Positions 49,524 through 59,204 are shown, numbered from the stretch's first letter. The stretch: 64,000 bases of DNA from an uncultured Rhodobacteraceae bacterium (GCA_947493745.1 CANLSM010000001.1:89913-153912); one strand, 5' to 3'. Translations and numbers: made by a program. Notes: generated from the letters alone by a model not told the origin.

Positions 49524-50915
49524 ATGAACCGCTATCCCCGTGACATGATCGGCTATGGTCCCAATCCGCCTGATCCCAAATGGCCGGGTGGTGCACGCAT
49601 CGCACTCCAGATTGTGCTGAACTACGAGGAAGGCGGCGAGAACAACATCCTGCATGGGGATGCCGCCTCGGAGGCATTCCTGTCCGAGATCGTCGGGGCC
49701 GCCGCCTGGCCGGATCAGCGGCACTGGAACATGGAAAGCATCTATGAATACGGTGCCCGCGCCGGGTTCTGGCGACTGCATCGTCTTTTTACAGACCTTG
49801 GTATCCCGCTGACGGTTTATGGCGTCGCGACCGCACTTGCGCGATCCCCCGAACAGGTGGACGCCATGCTGAAGGCCGATTGGGAGATCGCCTCCCACGG
49901 GTTGAAATGGATCGAGTACAAGGACGCCACGATCGAAGATGAACGTACTGACATGCGCGAGGCAATCCGTCTGCATACCGAGGTCACCGGCGCGCGCCCA
50001 CGGGGATGGTACACGGGCCGCTGCTCGACCAATACGCTCAGTCTTGCGGCAGACGAGGGCGGATTTGCCTATGTCGCGGACAGCTACGCCGATGATCTGC
50101 CCTATTGGCACGGCTCCCAGCTTGTCATTCCCTACACGCTCGACGCCAATGACATGCGCTTTGCCACACCGCAGGGGTTCAATTCCGGTGATCAGTTCTT
50201 CAGCTATCTCAAGGACAGCTTCGACACGCTTTACGCCGAAGGCGGGCGCATGATGTCGGTGGGCCTGCACTGCCGTCTGATCGGTCGGCCCGGTCGCATT
50301 CAGGCACTGCAGCGGTTCCTTGAATACGCGCGTGGTCACTCGGAGGTCTGGTGGGCCCGCCGGATCGATATCGCCGATCACTGGCATGCAACCCACAAGC
50401 CTACCGAGGGCGCCCGACCATCAACGATGGACCGGACAGATTTCCTTTCCCGGTTCGGGGGGATCTATGAACACTCGCCATGGGTTGCCGAACGGGCTTT
50501 CGATCTGGAGCTCGGCCCCGCGCATGATACGGCGGCCGGACTTGCCAACGCGATGGCACGGGCTTTCAGATCGGCCTCCGAGGCAGAGCGTCTGGGAGTG
50601 CTTAAAGCGCATCCCGATCTGGCCGGAAAACTCGCCACAGCGAAGCGACTGACCGCCGAAAGCACGTCCGAGCAGGCCAGCGCCGGGCTCGACATGCTCA
50701 GCGATGCCGAGCGCACCGCCTTCACCGATCTCAACGGCCGTTACACGACAAAGTTCGGGTTTCCCTTCATCATTGCCGTGCGCGATCATGACAAGGCGGG
50801 CATCCTCCAGGCATTTCAGCACCGGATCGACAATGACCACGCAACCGAATTTGCCGAGGCCTGTCGGCAGGTGGAGCGCATTGCCGGGTTGCGTCTGAGG
50901 GAGGTCCTGCCATGA
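49524..50915 (+). CDS. puuE: fusion protein: PuuE-type allantoinase (polysaccharide deacetylase fold) + OHCU decarboxylase
   Basis: N-terminal half YPRDMIGYG...IALQIVLNYEEGGE is PuuE-like. C-terminal 160 aa FLSRFGGIYEHSPWVAERAF...LKAHPDLAGK...FGFPFIIAVRD is UraD-like. Confidence 0.8.
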   Translation: MNRYPRDMIGYGPNPPDPKWPGGARIALQIVLNYEEGGENNILHGDAASEAFLSEIVGAAAWPDQRHWNMESIYEYGARAGFWRLHRLFTDLGIPLTVYGVATALARSPEQVDAMLKADWEIASHGLKWIEYKDATIEDERTDMREAIRLHTEVTGARPRGWYTGRCSTNTLSLAADEGGFAYVADSYADDLPYWHGSQLVIPYTLDANDMRFATPQGFNSGDQFFSYLKDSFDTLYAEGGRMMSVGLHCRLIGRPGRIQALQRFLEYARGHSEVWWARRIDIADHWHATHKPTEGARPSTMDRTDFLSRFGGIYEHSPWVAERAFDLELGPAHDTAAGLANAMARAFRSASEAERLGVLKAHPDLAGKLATAKRLTAESTSEQASAGLDMLSDAERTAFTDLNGRYTTKFGFPFIIAVRDHDKAGILQAFQHRIDNDHATEFAEACRQVERIAGLRLREVLP

Positions 50916-51736
50916 GCATCTATGCCGGACCACCGGGCGGGTTGCCACCGCAGGACGCGCTGATGACGGACCGGGCGATCTTCACCGACGCCTACGCGGT
51001 GATCCCGCATGGTGTCATGCGCGATATCGTGACCAGTCTGCTGCCCGGATGGGACAGGGCGCGCGCCTGGATCCTTGCCCGCCCGTTGAGCGGGTTTGCC
51101 GAGACCTTTGCGCAGATGATCGTCGAACTCGAACCTGGTGGCGGCAGCGATCGACCGGAACCCGACAGCGGTGGAGAGGGCGTGTTCTTTGTCACCAGTG
51201 GGACATTGCGCGTCACGCTGGACGAAGTACCGCATGATCTGAGCCCCGGCGGCTTCGCCTATCTTCCGCCCGGCGCAAGATACTCGGTTCGAAACACAGG
51301 CGATGGACCGACGACGTTGCACTGGATCCGAAAGGCCTATGAACGGGTCGAGGGGCTCGACCCGCCCGACGCCCTGTTCTCCCATGACGCCGAGCTATCG
51401 CCCACCCCCATGCCGGATACCGACGGTCGCTGGGCCACGACGCGCTTCGTCGATCCCTGTGATCTGCGCCACGACATGCATGTCAACATCGTGACTTTCG
51501 AACCCGGCGCGTCGATCCCTTTCGCCGAGACACATGTGATGGAGCATGGGCTCTATGTACTTGAAGGCAAAGCCGTTTACCGCCTGAACGGTGACTGGGT
51601 CGAGGTTGGACCGGGTGATTTCATGTGGCTGCGCGCCTTTTGTCCGCAGGCCTGTTATGCGGGCGGACCGGGGCCGTTCCGCTACCTTCTCTACAAGGAT
51701 GTGAACCGCCATCCGGCCCTGAGACCCCCGAAATGA
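50912..51736 (+). CDS. allE: (S)-ureidoglycine aminohydrolase (bicupin)
   Basis: 274-aa bicupin located between puuE and allA. Confidence 0.7.
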   Translation: MSIYAGPPGGLPPQDALMTDRAIFTDAYAVIPHGVMRDIVTSLLPGWDRARAWILARPLSGFAETFAQMIVELEPGGGSDRPEPDSGGEGVFFVTSGTLRVTLDEVPHDLSPGGFAYLPPGARYSVRNTGDGPTTLHWIRKAYERVEGLDPPDALFSHDAELSPTPMPDTDGRWATTRFVDPCDLRHDMHVNIVTFEPGASIPFAETHVMEHGLYVLEGKAVYRLNGDWVEVGPGDFMWLRAFCPQACYAGGPGPFRYLLYKDVNRHPALRPPK

Positions 51737-52215
51737 CCCACCGGGTTGCCATTGAACCGCTGACAGAGGCGGAATTCGCGCCATTCGGAGATGTTCTGGA
51801 AATATCAGGCGACCCGACCGCAATGATCAACCAGGGCAACTGTGCCCGTCACAGCGATCTTGCAAAGATCGATATCCTTGAGGGTCGCGCCGGTATCAGT
51901 CTCTTTCACGGTCAGCCCTATGCACTGCCACTTGAGCTGCAGATGATGGAGCGGCACCCGCTTGGCTCTCAGGCCTTTCTGCCTATGTCACAGGATCCGT
52001 TTCTGGTGATCGTGGCGGAAGATGATGCAGGTACTCCGGCGCGCCCGAAAGCCTTCGTCACCCGCTCAGGTCAGGGCGTGAACTACCATCGGAACACATG
52101 GCATGGCGTGCTGACGCCCCTTGAGCGCGCCGGCCTCTTCGCAGTGATCGACCGGATCGGCGATGGCAGCAACCTCGAAGAACACTGGTTTGGAGAGCCA
52201 TACCTGATCGAATGA
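51733..52215 (+). CDS. allA: ureidoglycolate lyase
   Basis: 160 aa with FAPFGDVLE and NYHRNTWH motifs. Start trimmed to MTHRVAIEPL, which overlaps the allE stop. Confidence 0.85.
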   Translation: MTHRVAIEPLTEAEFAPFGDVLEISGDPTAMINQGNCARHSDLAKIDILEGRAGISLFHGQPYALPLELQMMERHPLGSQAFLPMSQDPFLVIVAEDDAGTPARPKAFVTRSGQGVNYHRNTWHGVLTPLERAGLFAVIDRIGDGSNLEEHWFGEPYLIE

Positions 52216-52278
52216 CCAACCATCAGGGCGCCACCCAAGAGCGTCGCTTATGTAACGAAGACAGAGAGGACCACAACC

Positions 52279-53676
52279 ATGGCAGACATGTCGTCTATCG
52301 GGACGCCGGAGCAGCTCCGCGATCCGAATTACACGCCCGCCCTCCACAAGGCGGTTCCACTGGGCATTCAGCACATCCTGGCGATGTTCGTTTCTAACGT
52401 AACCCCTGCGATCATCATTGCCGGGGCTGCCGGGTTTGGCTTTGGGTCGAACAGCCCCGACTTTCCGGAACTGATCTACATGATCCAGATGGCGATGTTC
52501 TTTGCCGGGGTCGCAACGCTTCTGCAAACCGTCACGATCGGGCCTGTGGGGGCAAAACTGCCGATTGTGCAGGGCACCAGCTTTGCCTTTCTGCCGGTGA
52601 TGATCCCGCTGGTTGCGGGCAAGGGCGTCGACGCGATGGCCGTGCTTTTCAGTGGCGTGATCATTGGCGGGTTCTTTCATGCCGCGCTCGGCCTGTTCAT
52701 TGGCAAGATCCGGTTTGCGTTGCCACCGCTCGTGACCGGGCTGGTGGTGCTGATGATCGGTCTTGCTCTGGTAAAGGTCGGCATCCAGTACGCCGCGGGC
52801 GGTGTTCCGGCCATCGGGACCGAGGAGTATGGCAGCCTCAAGAACTGGTCGGTTGCAGGTGTCGTGGTCGTGGTTACGCTGGGGCTGAAATTCTTCGCTC
52901 GCGGACTATTGTCAGTCTCGGCGGTGCTGCTTGGGCTAATCGCCGGATATGTGGTCGCCATGCTTCTGGGAATGGTCAGCTTCGGCAATGTCGGAAACGC
53001 CGCTGTTCTGCGGGTGCCCGGGTTCCTGCATTTCGGGTTCGAGTTCTCGGTGGCAGCCGTCATCGGCTTCTGCCTGATGGCGTTCATATCGGCAATCGAA
53101 ACCGTCGGCGACGTCTCGGGCATCACCAAAGGTGGTGCCGGGCGTGAAGCCACCGATGCGGAGATTTCCGGTGCGACCTATGCTGACGGGCTCGGCTCGG
53201 CGATTGCAGGGTTCTTCGGGTCACTGCCCAACACCTCGTTCTCCCAGAATGTGGGGCTGATTGCCATGACGGGTGTGATGAGCCGCCATGTGGTGACCAT
53301 CGGCGCGCTGTTCCTGATCGTCTGCGGCCTTGTGCCGAAGGTCGGGGCGGTGATCTCGACAATCCCGATCGAGGTCCTTGGCGGAGGCGTCATCGTCATG
53401 TTCGGCATGGTTTGCGCAGCTGGCGTATCGATGCTCGCGGATGTGCATTGGAACCGGCGCAATATGGTGATCTTCGCGGTTTCGCTGTCGTTGGGGCTCG
53501 GTCTGCAACTTGAACCGGGCGCCTTGCAGCATTTGCCCGACACGGCGCGTGTTCTGCTGACATCCGGGTTGCTTCCCGCCGCATTCCTGGCGATCGGCCT
53601 GAATTTGCTTTTGCCGGAGGACCTGGACAACGAACCGCTGGAAATCTCCGGCGGAATGTCCGGTCACAACGACTGA
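52279..53676 (+). CDS. NCS2-family nucleobase (xanthine/urate) permease
   Basis: 465-aa polytopic protein with an NCS2-like FSQNVGLIAMTGV motif. Confidence 0.85.
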   Translation: MADMSSIGTPEQLRDPNYTPALHKAVPLGIQHILAMFVSNVTPAIIIAGAAGFGFGSNSPDFPELIYMIQMAMFFAGVATLLQTVTIGPVGAKLPIVQGTSFAFLPVMIPLVAGKGVDAMAVLFSGVIIGGFFHAALGLFIGKIRFALPPLVTGLVVLMIGLALVKVGIQYAAGGVPAIGTEEYGSLKNWSVAGVVVVVTLGLKFFARGLLSVSAVLLGLIAGYVVAMLLGMVSFGNVGNAAVLRVPGFLHFGFEFSVAAVIGFCLMAFISAIETVGDVSGITKGGAGREATDAEISGATYADGLGSAIAGFFGSLPNTSFSQNVGLIAMTGVMSRHVVTIGALFLIVCGLVPKVGAVISTIPIEVLGGGVIVMFGMVCAAGVSMLADVHWNRRNMVIFAVSLSLGLGLQLEPGALQHLPDTARVLLTSGLLPAAFLAIGLNLLLPEDLDNEPLEISGGMSGHND

Positions 53677-53684
53677 ATGCACAT

Positions 53685-53711
53685 CTCCCCGGGGGTCATG
53701 GCTCCGGGGAG
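53685..53711. terminator. hairpin between the convergent permease and HlyD genes (possible bidirectional terminator; no U-tract)
   Basis: CTCCCCGG-N11-CCGGGGAG. Confidence 0.35.
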
Positions 53712-53714
53712 GGT

Positions 53715-55058
53715 TCAGCTTTCCGAAAAGGCACGGTCGGAGAGTGTTCTCAGCGGTTTGAGCATGTAGCTGAGGATGGATTTTCGACCGGTTCTGATGT
53801 CTGCGACCACAGTCATCCCCGGCAGAACCTCATGCAAGGGGTCGGGGGCACCGGAGGCAAGGGTAAAGCTCTCCTCCAGCGCGAGACGGACGCGAAAAAC
53901 GGTCGAGCCATCGGGCTTCACAAAGCTTGATGGCGACACCTGCTCCACGGTCGCATCGAGATCTCCGAAACGGGTGAAGTCATGTGACAGCACCTTGATG
54001 CTCGCGGCACTTCCCGGTCGGACTGTGCCGATCCGCTCGGCACTGATCTCGACCTCGGCGAAGACATCCTTGCCGAGCGGAACCAGTTCGGCCACAAGCG
54101 CGCCGGGCGGCACGACCTGATGAGCGTTCTGAAAGCCCAGCGCCAGAAGCACACCGTCAGAGGGCGCGCGGACAAAGGTGCGGGTTTTCGCGCCCTCAAG
54201 CTGCGTGATTGATTGCTCGACAATGCGCAAGGTCGAGACGGTTTCGGCCAGTTGCGCCGCCGCCTCCCGCCGGAAACCGGTCAGCAGTTCGGTTTCGCGA
54301 GCCGCGGATTGCTGAATTCTGGCGGCAAGAATTTCCTGCTCGCCGACAAGACCGGCGATCTCGCCTTGTTTCTGCAGAACTTCCCGGCGCACGGATTCTA
54401 TTCGAACCCGCGTCGTCGCGGCGCGCGCGCCCGGGGTATCAAGGCGTGCGGCATAGGCTGAAAGGATGGAAAAATCGGCCTTCAGACTGGCAAGGCGCTG
54501 TGCGGCACGGTCCTGTTCAGCCTCCAGTACCTCACGCTCCGCCCGCGCCAGTTCAATCTGCGCGGCAACATGCGCTGCCTGGGAGGCCTGTTCGGATACA
54601 AAACTCTCATCCTGAACGGTCAGCCCCGAAGGCAGGCCCGCCTCGAGATCCGCAAGAAAGGCACGTTGCCGCCGCAGGTCGCGAGAAAGATCGGCGGCCT
54701 GAACATGCAGTTTGGCAAGCTCAGCACGAATGCTTGCCTGGTCGAGTTCCATCAGCAAATCGCCCTCCCGGACGGTCTGTCCTTCCGAGACATGAACGCG
54801 CGCGACGACGCCGCCATCAAGATGGTCGATACGTTGAATCAAGCCAACCGGACGCACCGACCCGGGTCCGGAGACAATTTCATAGACGGGTGTGAATGAA
54901 GCCCAGACCAAGAAACCAAAAAAACCAAGGACGACGGCCCAGATGGTCATCCGCGGGATGCTTCCCGAATGCGCTTCCTCCAGCAGGCCGCTGTCAGCAA
55001 GCCCCGAACGGGCAGGCAAAGTGGCGCGCTCAGGCTTTCGTTTTGATGACAGGATCAT
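53715..55058 (-). CDS. HlyD-family type I secretion periplasmic adaptor
   Basis: One N-terminal TM helix, a lipoyl-like hairpin (VHVSEGQTVREGDLLMELD), a long coiled coil and a beta-barrel C-terminus. Confidence 0.85.
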   Translation of the reverse strand: MILSSKRKPERATLPARSGLADSGLLEEAHSGSIPRMTIWAVVLGFFGFLVWASFTPVYEIVSGPGSVRPVGLIQRIDHLDGGVVARVHVSEGQTVREGDLLMELDQASIRAELAKLHVQAADLSRDLRRQRAFLADLEAGLPSGLTVQDESFVSEQASQAAHVAAQIELARAEREVLEAEQDRAAQRLASLKADFSILSAYAARLDTPGARAATTRVRIESVRREVLQKQGEIAGLVGEQEILAARIQQSAARETELLTGFRREAAAQLAETVSTLRIVEQSITQLEGAKTRTFVRAPSDGVLLALGFQNAHQVVPPGALVAELVPLGKDVFAEVEISAERIGTVRPGSAASIKVLSHDFTRFGDLDATVEQVSPSSFVKPDGSTVFRVRLALEESFTLASGAPDPLHEVLPGMTVVADIRTGRKSILSYMLKPLRTLSDRAFSES

Positions 55059-57259
55059 GATTGTTGTCCCCTGGTTTCGGTTGGTGGCCCGAAGCTGACC
55101 ATCTGACCGGAATTCAGCGACAGAACCAGATCTGTCTGGCGCATATGGCTGGGTCGGTGGGTCACCATGAGGCAGGTCATCCGCCCCCTGCGCGCGCTCA
55201 GAGCCCCGATCATGGCCCGCTCATATTCCGGCGAGAGCCCCGAGGCGGGCTCGTCAAGCAGAAGCACCGTCGGTTTCGCCAGCAGGGCCCGGCCAAGACA
55301 GATCATCGACACGAAACCGGGGGTGAGATGCGATTGCACGGTGTGATCCAGCCGCGTTTCAAGCCCCTTGGGCAGGTTTTCGATGTCTCCGGTCAGATCG
55401 AGCGAAGTGATAAGGCCGTCGATCTCGTCCCGGCTCGCATGGGGTGCCGCAATCGTCAGATTCTGCAGCAGCGTCCCATGAAACAGCATCGGCGACTGAC
55501 TGACATAGCCGATATTCTGCGAAAGAACTGACCTTGGCAGCTGATCGAGATTGATCCCGCCGAGGCTGACCGTGCCCGATACTGGATGCAGCAGACCGCT
55601 CATCAGTCGCAGCAGCGTCGTCTTGCCCGATCCCGACGGGCCGGTCACCGCAATGAAGGCCCCCTCCTCGATGGAGAAGGAAATGTTCGACAGGGTCGGC
55701 ATGGCGGATCGTGGATAGCGGAAAAAAACACCCTCGAAGCCGGGGCTGGCAGAGATCTGCTGCCAGACCTGGACATTGCCGGTCCTGGTGGTCCCCTCCA
55801 GCGCCATCAACCCGTCGATCTGGCGAAAGAGGTTCTGGATGTCAGGCAAACTCGCCGCTGCAACCAGCGCCTGCTGGATCGGTGCCAGAAGGCGCCACAG
55901 AAGGATGGTCGTGGCAATCAGGACACCGGTCTGCAGGCTCCCCTGCATCACAAGCCAGGCGCCCAGTACCAGAACCGCACCGGCACAGACCGGTGTCAGC
56001 AGAGTTGAGAGGGTCCGCAGATTTCGTGACTGGGTCTCGACCTTCAGACGTCGCTCGACACTTCGCCTGATGCTGGTCGTCAACCGCTCGGTCCAGATCG
56101 GACCGATACCGGAGCGTGCGATCTGCATCCGCTGAGCCAATGTCTCGAGAAGAAGTTTGGAATGCTGGGTCCGTGCCACCGAGTACCGCATGGACGCCGT
56201 CCTCAGCTTGGGGAAGATGAAGGCGCTCGCTGTTGCGAACGTGACTATGATCGCGATCAGGAGAAGCCCGATCATCGGGCTGATGACCGTGACGGTGGCG
56301 AGCAGCATCAGGGCGAATGGAAGTTCAAGCAAGACCGCCACGACAGGTCCGTTGAAGATATCGCGGACCGTCTCGAACTGTTTTAGACGGCTGATCTGCT
56401 CGCTGACAGACGCGTTTGCGATCATTTCGATCCTGAGAGCCATCAGTTTGGAAAAGAGCGCCGAGCCCAGAAGATACTCAGTCCGGCCCGAGATGCGCCC
56501 GACCAGACCGGCCCTCAGACGCCGGAGAAAGAGGTCCATCGCGATAAGTCCGGCCAACCCGATCATGAGTGCAGCCAGCGTGTCATAGGCCTTCGCGGGG
56601 ATGACCTTGTCGAAAATCAGAATGATGAAGAGCGAGGCCAGAATGACCAGCGTATTGGACAGGAAAATCAGCGCCAGAAGGTTCCGCACCTCCGGCGTGA
56701 AACGCTGCAGGGTCTGTTTTGTCCAGCTTTCGCGTGCCCCTGCGGATCCGGCATCGTCATGTTCCTGAAAGACGATACACTCATAGAAAACAGTCGGTTC
56801 CAGTGTTTGTGGCAACCTCGTTTCGACGTTGAAAAAGCCGGGCTGCCCATCACTGTTGGGCAACAACATTCCTGCGGGCGTGATCACGAGCGTCGTGGGC
56901 GAGGCGGCGTCGAGATCTTTGCCACGCGCCTGAACAGAGCGGCTCTCAAAGCCGAGCCGGTGCATCGTTGCCCGCATGTCGGTAAGTGTAAAAGCCTCGG
57001 GGTAGTGCGGCAGGGCACCGACAAAGCTGCGCATGTCAACTGCCCAATCGAACCGCCCGAGCAGGTCCTGCAAGGCATTCACGACAGGGCCGTAGAGAGG
57101 CGTACCGCAGGCCCGCCCGCTGCTCAGGCATTCGGCCAGCGTATCAAGCGCGAACCGTCTGCTCTGCGCATCCATCTGGCCAAGGCCGATCTTCACGTCA
57201 TGGGCCATAAACCTGCCCTGAGCGCGAATGCTCCCCGGTTCTGCGGCGGGCGCGCTCAT
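55055..57259 (-). CDS. ABC exporter half-transporter with an N-terminal extension of about 170 aa (C39-like position); T1SS/bacteriocin-exporter type
   Basis: TMD plus NBD. Walker A GPSGSGKTT, Q-loop VSQSP, Walker B LLLDEP and H-loop VTHRP are present. The signature position reads LTPGF instead of LSGGQ. Confidence 0.8.
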   Translation of the reverse strand: MSAPAAEPGSIRAQGRFMAHDVKIGLGQMDAQSRRFALDTLAECLSSGRACGTPLYGPVVNALQDLLGRFDWAVDMRSFVGALPHYPEAFTLTDMRATMHRLGFESRSVQARGKDLDAASPTTLVITPAGMLLPNSDGQPGFFNVETRLPQTLEPTVFYECIVFQEHDDAGSAGARESWTKQTLQRFTPEVRNLLALIFLSNTLVILASLFIILIFDKVIPAKAYDTLAALMIGLAGLIAMDLFLRRLRAGLVGRISGRTEYLLGSALFSKLMALRIEMIANASVSEQISRLKQFETVRDIFNGPVVAVLLELPFALMLLATVTVISPMIGLLLIAIIVTFATASAFIFPKLRTASMRYSVARTQHSKLLLETLAQRMQIARSGIGPIWTERLTTSIRRSVERRLKVETQSRNLRTLSTLLTPVCAGAVLVLGAWLVMQGSLQTGVLIATTILLWRLLAPIQQALVAAASLPDIQNLFRQIDGLMALEGTTRTGNVQVWQQISASPGFEGVFFRYPRSAMPTLSNISFSIEEGAFIAVTGPSGSGKTTLLRLMSGLLHPVSGTVSLGGINLDQLPRSVLSQNIGYVSQSPMLFHGTLLQNLTIAAPHASRDEIDGLITSLDLTGDIENLPKGLETRLDHTVQSHLTPGFVSMICLGRALLAKPTVLLLDEPASGLSPEYERAMIGALSARRGRMTCLMVTHRPSHMRQTDLVLSLNSGQMVSFGPPTETRGQQS

Positions 57260-58929
57260 CCTGCCAGCACCATCTGCTCTTGCCTGAGAACCAGTGGATG
57301 TATGGTTTCGGTCAGTTTTCCCCGGTTGAAATGGATCTCCCGGTTGGCGAGCATCTGATAGGATGGACGATGACTGACCATGATCAGGATCAGGTCGGGC
57401 ATGCGTTCGCGCAACAGTTCCAGCAAACGATGGTCGGTGTCGAAATCCAGACTGGTATTGGCTTCGTCAAACAGGATGACCTGAGGCTGGCCGACCAACC
57501 CTGCGATCATCAGGATGGCATCCGAGATCGACTTTGGCAGCACACTGGCCTTGCTGGCCGAGACCCGCAGCCCGAGCCCCTCGGGGATACGGGCAATGAA
57601 GCGGTCGATCCCGAACCGACTTGTCAGATCCAGCGCCTCATCAAGATGCGCAACGCCGGAAAATCCTGTCAGATTGTCCAGCAGCGTCCCCTCAAGCAGG
57701 TGGTCATTGCTTGTCAGCATCCGGACCTGACGCTGGCGTTCGCCAAAGTCGAAAACCTCCGCGGGCTGTCCATTGAACAGCACGCCTCCGTCCTGAGCCG
57801 CGATCTGCCCGGCGATCAGACGCAAAAGTGAAGAACGACCCGCACCTTCAGGGCCACGCAGCAGCACGCAATCACCTCGTCTGAAGGTGAAATTCAGATC
57901 ACTCAGCCTTGGTGGGGCACGCGGATCGGGCTGCCATGTGAGATGGCGAAGCTCCAGCTTGTCGATCCGCGGCAGACACTCCGTACCGCATTCGATCAGG
58001 GACCGGTCAAAGAGCGAGGTCAGCTCGGCCTCGTGTCTTTTGGTGTCTTCTTCGCCCACCAGCAACGCCTCAAGCCGCAGCACCGGCTGGATGATCCGGC
58101 CGGTCAGCAACACCGTCGCCGCCAATTCGCCCATGGTGATGCTTTCCTGAATGACCAGGATCGAGCCTACACTGGCCGAAACGACTGGTCCCAACAGGCC
58201 GATTGCCCCGATGATGCCCTGGATGAGTTGGTTGCGTTCGGCAAGTTGTGCATTGATCGACGCACTCGACGACAGCAGCCGTTCATATCTGCGTTCCAGA
58301 TTGGCCTCGATCGCCAGACCTTTCACCGTATCGATGCCGGACAAGGTCTCGATCAGGAAGGATTGCCGCCGCTCATCCGCCTGCTGCCGCGCGAAATTCA
58401 GTGTCAGCACCTCCCGGCGCATCAGGCGCACGATGATGAACATCGCCGTGACCAGAGACAGGATGACCAGGGCAATGGGGAGTGAAATGAGCGCCATCAG
58501 CCCCAGAAACATGATGATGAACGGCAGATCGAGAAGCGCCGCGGATGCATCGCCCGTGTAGTAGGAACGCAGCCGTTCGATATGCCGGAGCTTGTTGTAG
58601 AGAACGCCGGGTGCATCGCTGACACTGATGGTCGATCGCCCGTCCAGCAGCCTCCGAACCGTGGCGGCATGGGTGCTGACCTCAAATCTCGCCCCGAACG
58701 TCGCCAGCAGCACCGATCTTGAGAACCGCAGGGCCGCATCCGCGAGAAGCGCCACGCCGAGGCCAATGGCCAATGCGATCAGGGTTGCGGTGCCGCTGTT
58801 CGGTATGATCCGGTCATAGACCTGGATCATCACGATGGGCAAAGCCAGGCTGAGCAAATTGGACGTCAGGGAGGCGACAAGGATATGCGGATTCCGCCGC
58901 AAGGCCCGCAATTCGCCAAAAACCGGCAT
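57256..58929 (-). CDS. ABC exporter half-transporter with a degenerate NBD (no N-terminal extension)
   Basis: Walker A GPEGAGRSS (Lys replaced by Arg), no Q-loop Gln (MLTSND), signature position VLPKS, Walker B ILFDEA, H-loop VSHRP. Start trimmed from TTG 58950 to ATG 58929, which is preceded by GGAGCGG. Confidence 0.75.
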   Translation of the reverse strand: MPVFGELRALRRNPHILVASLTSNLLSLALPIVMIQVYDRIIPNSGTATLIALAIGLGVALLADAALRFSRSVLLATFGARFEVSTHAATVRRLLDGRSTISVSDAPGVLYNKLRHIERLRSYYTGDASAALLDLPFIIMFLGLMALISLPIALVILSLVTAMFIIVRLMRREVLTLNFARQQADERRQSFLIETLSGIDTVKGLAIEANLERRYERLLSSSASINAQLAERNQLIQGIIGAIGLLGPVVSASVGSILVIQESITMGELAATVLLTGRIIQPVLRLEALLVGEEDTKRHEAELTSLFDRSLIECGTECLPRIDKLELRHLTWQPDPRAPPRLSDLNFTFRRGDCVLLRGPEGAGRSSLLRLIAGQIAAQDGGVLFNGQPAEVFDFGERQRQVRMLTSNDHLLEGTLLDNLTGFSGVAHLDEALDLTSRFGIDRFIARIPEGLGLRVSASKASVLPKSISDAILMIAGLVGQPQVILFDEANTSLDFDTDHRLLELLRERMPDLILIMVSHRPSYQMLANREIHFNRGKLTETIHPLVLRQEQMVLAG

Positions 58930-59204
58930 TGTCCGCTCCAAACCGCTCAAAATTGATCCTCGTGGCCCGGCTTAGTCCTCAATGGCGAAGATAGCGTTAA
59001 TCCAAGGTCAGCGGGTTCCCGTGCGGCAACGACTATTGGAAACACCGACCCGGGATCATACCTCCCCCTGGCGGATATGCCCCAAGCCGGGGGCTGTTGT
59101 CGCAATGAAACGGTGCGAGGCGAAAATGACAGAGGTTTTGACCATTCCGCCTGTGGAAGGCATAAAGGCTGGACGCATACCGCTTTGTTGAGGAACCGCT
59201 CAGC

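Noticed and set aside
58982-59191. 69-aa plus-strand ORF in the exporter/HMGR intergenic region, considered as a possible precursor peptide or small gene.
   Set aside because: There is no SD, the codon usage is strongly atypical (many A/T-ending codons), and there is no leader-like or family motif. It is kept only as an item to test, not called as a CDS.
58951-59204. Possible cobalamin or other riboswitch upstream of the HMGR gene. Fragments such as AAGCCGGGGGCTG and GGTGCGAGGCGAAA looked vaguely B12-like.
   Set aside because: I could not assemble the B12 box, the conserved GGGAA/GCCACTG core, or any other riboswitch consensus on either strand.
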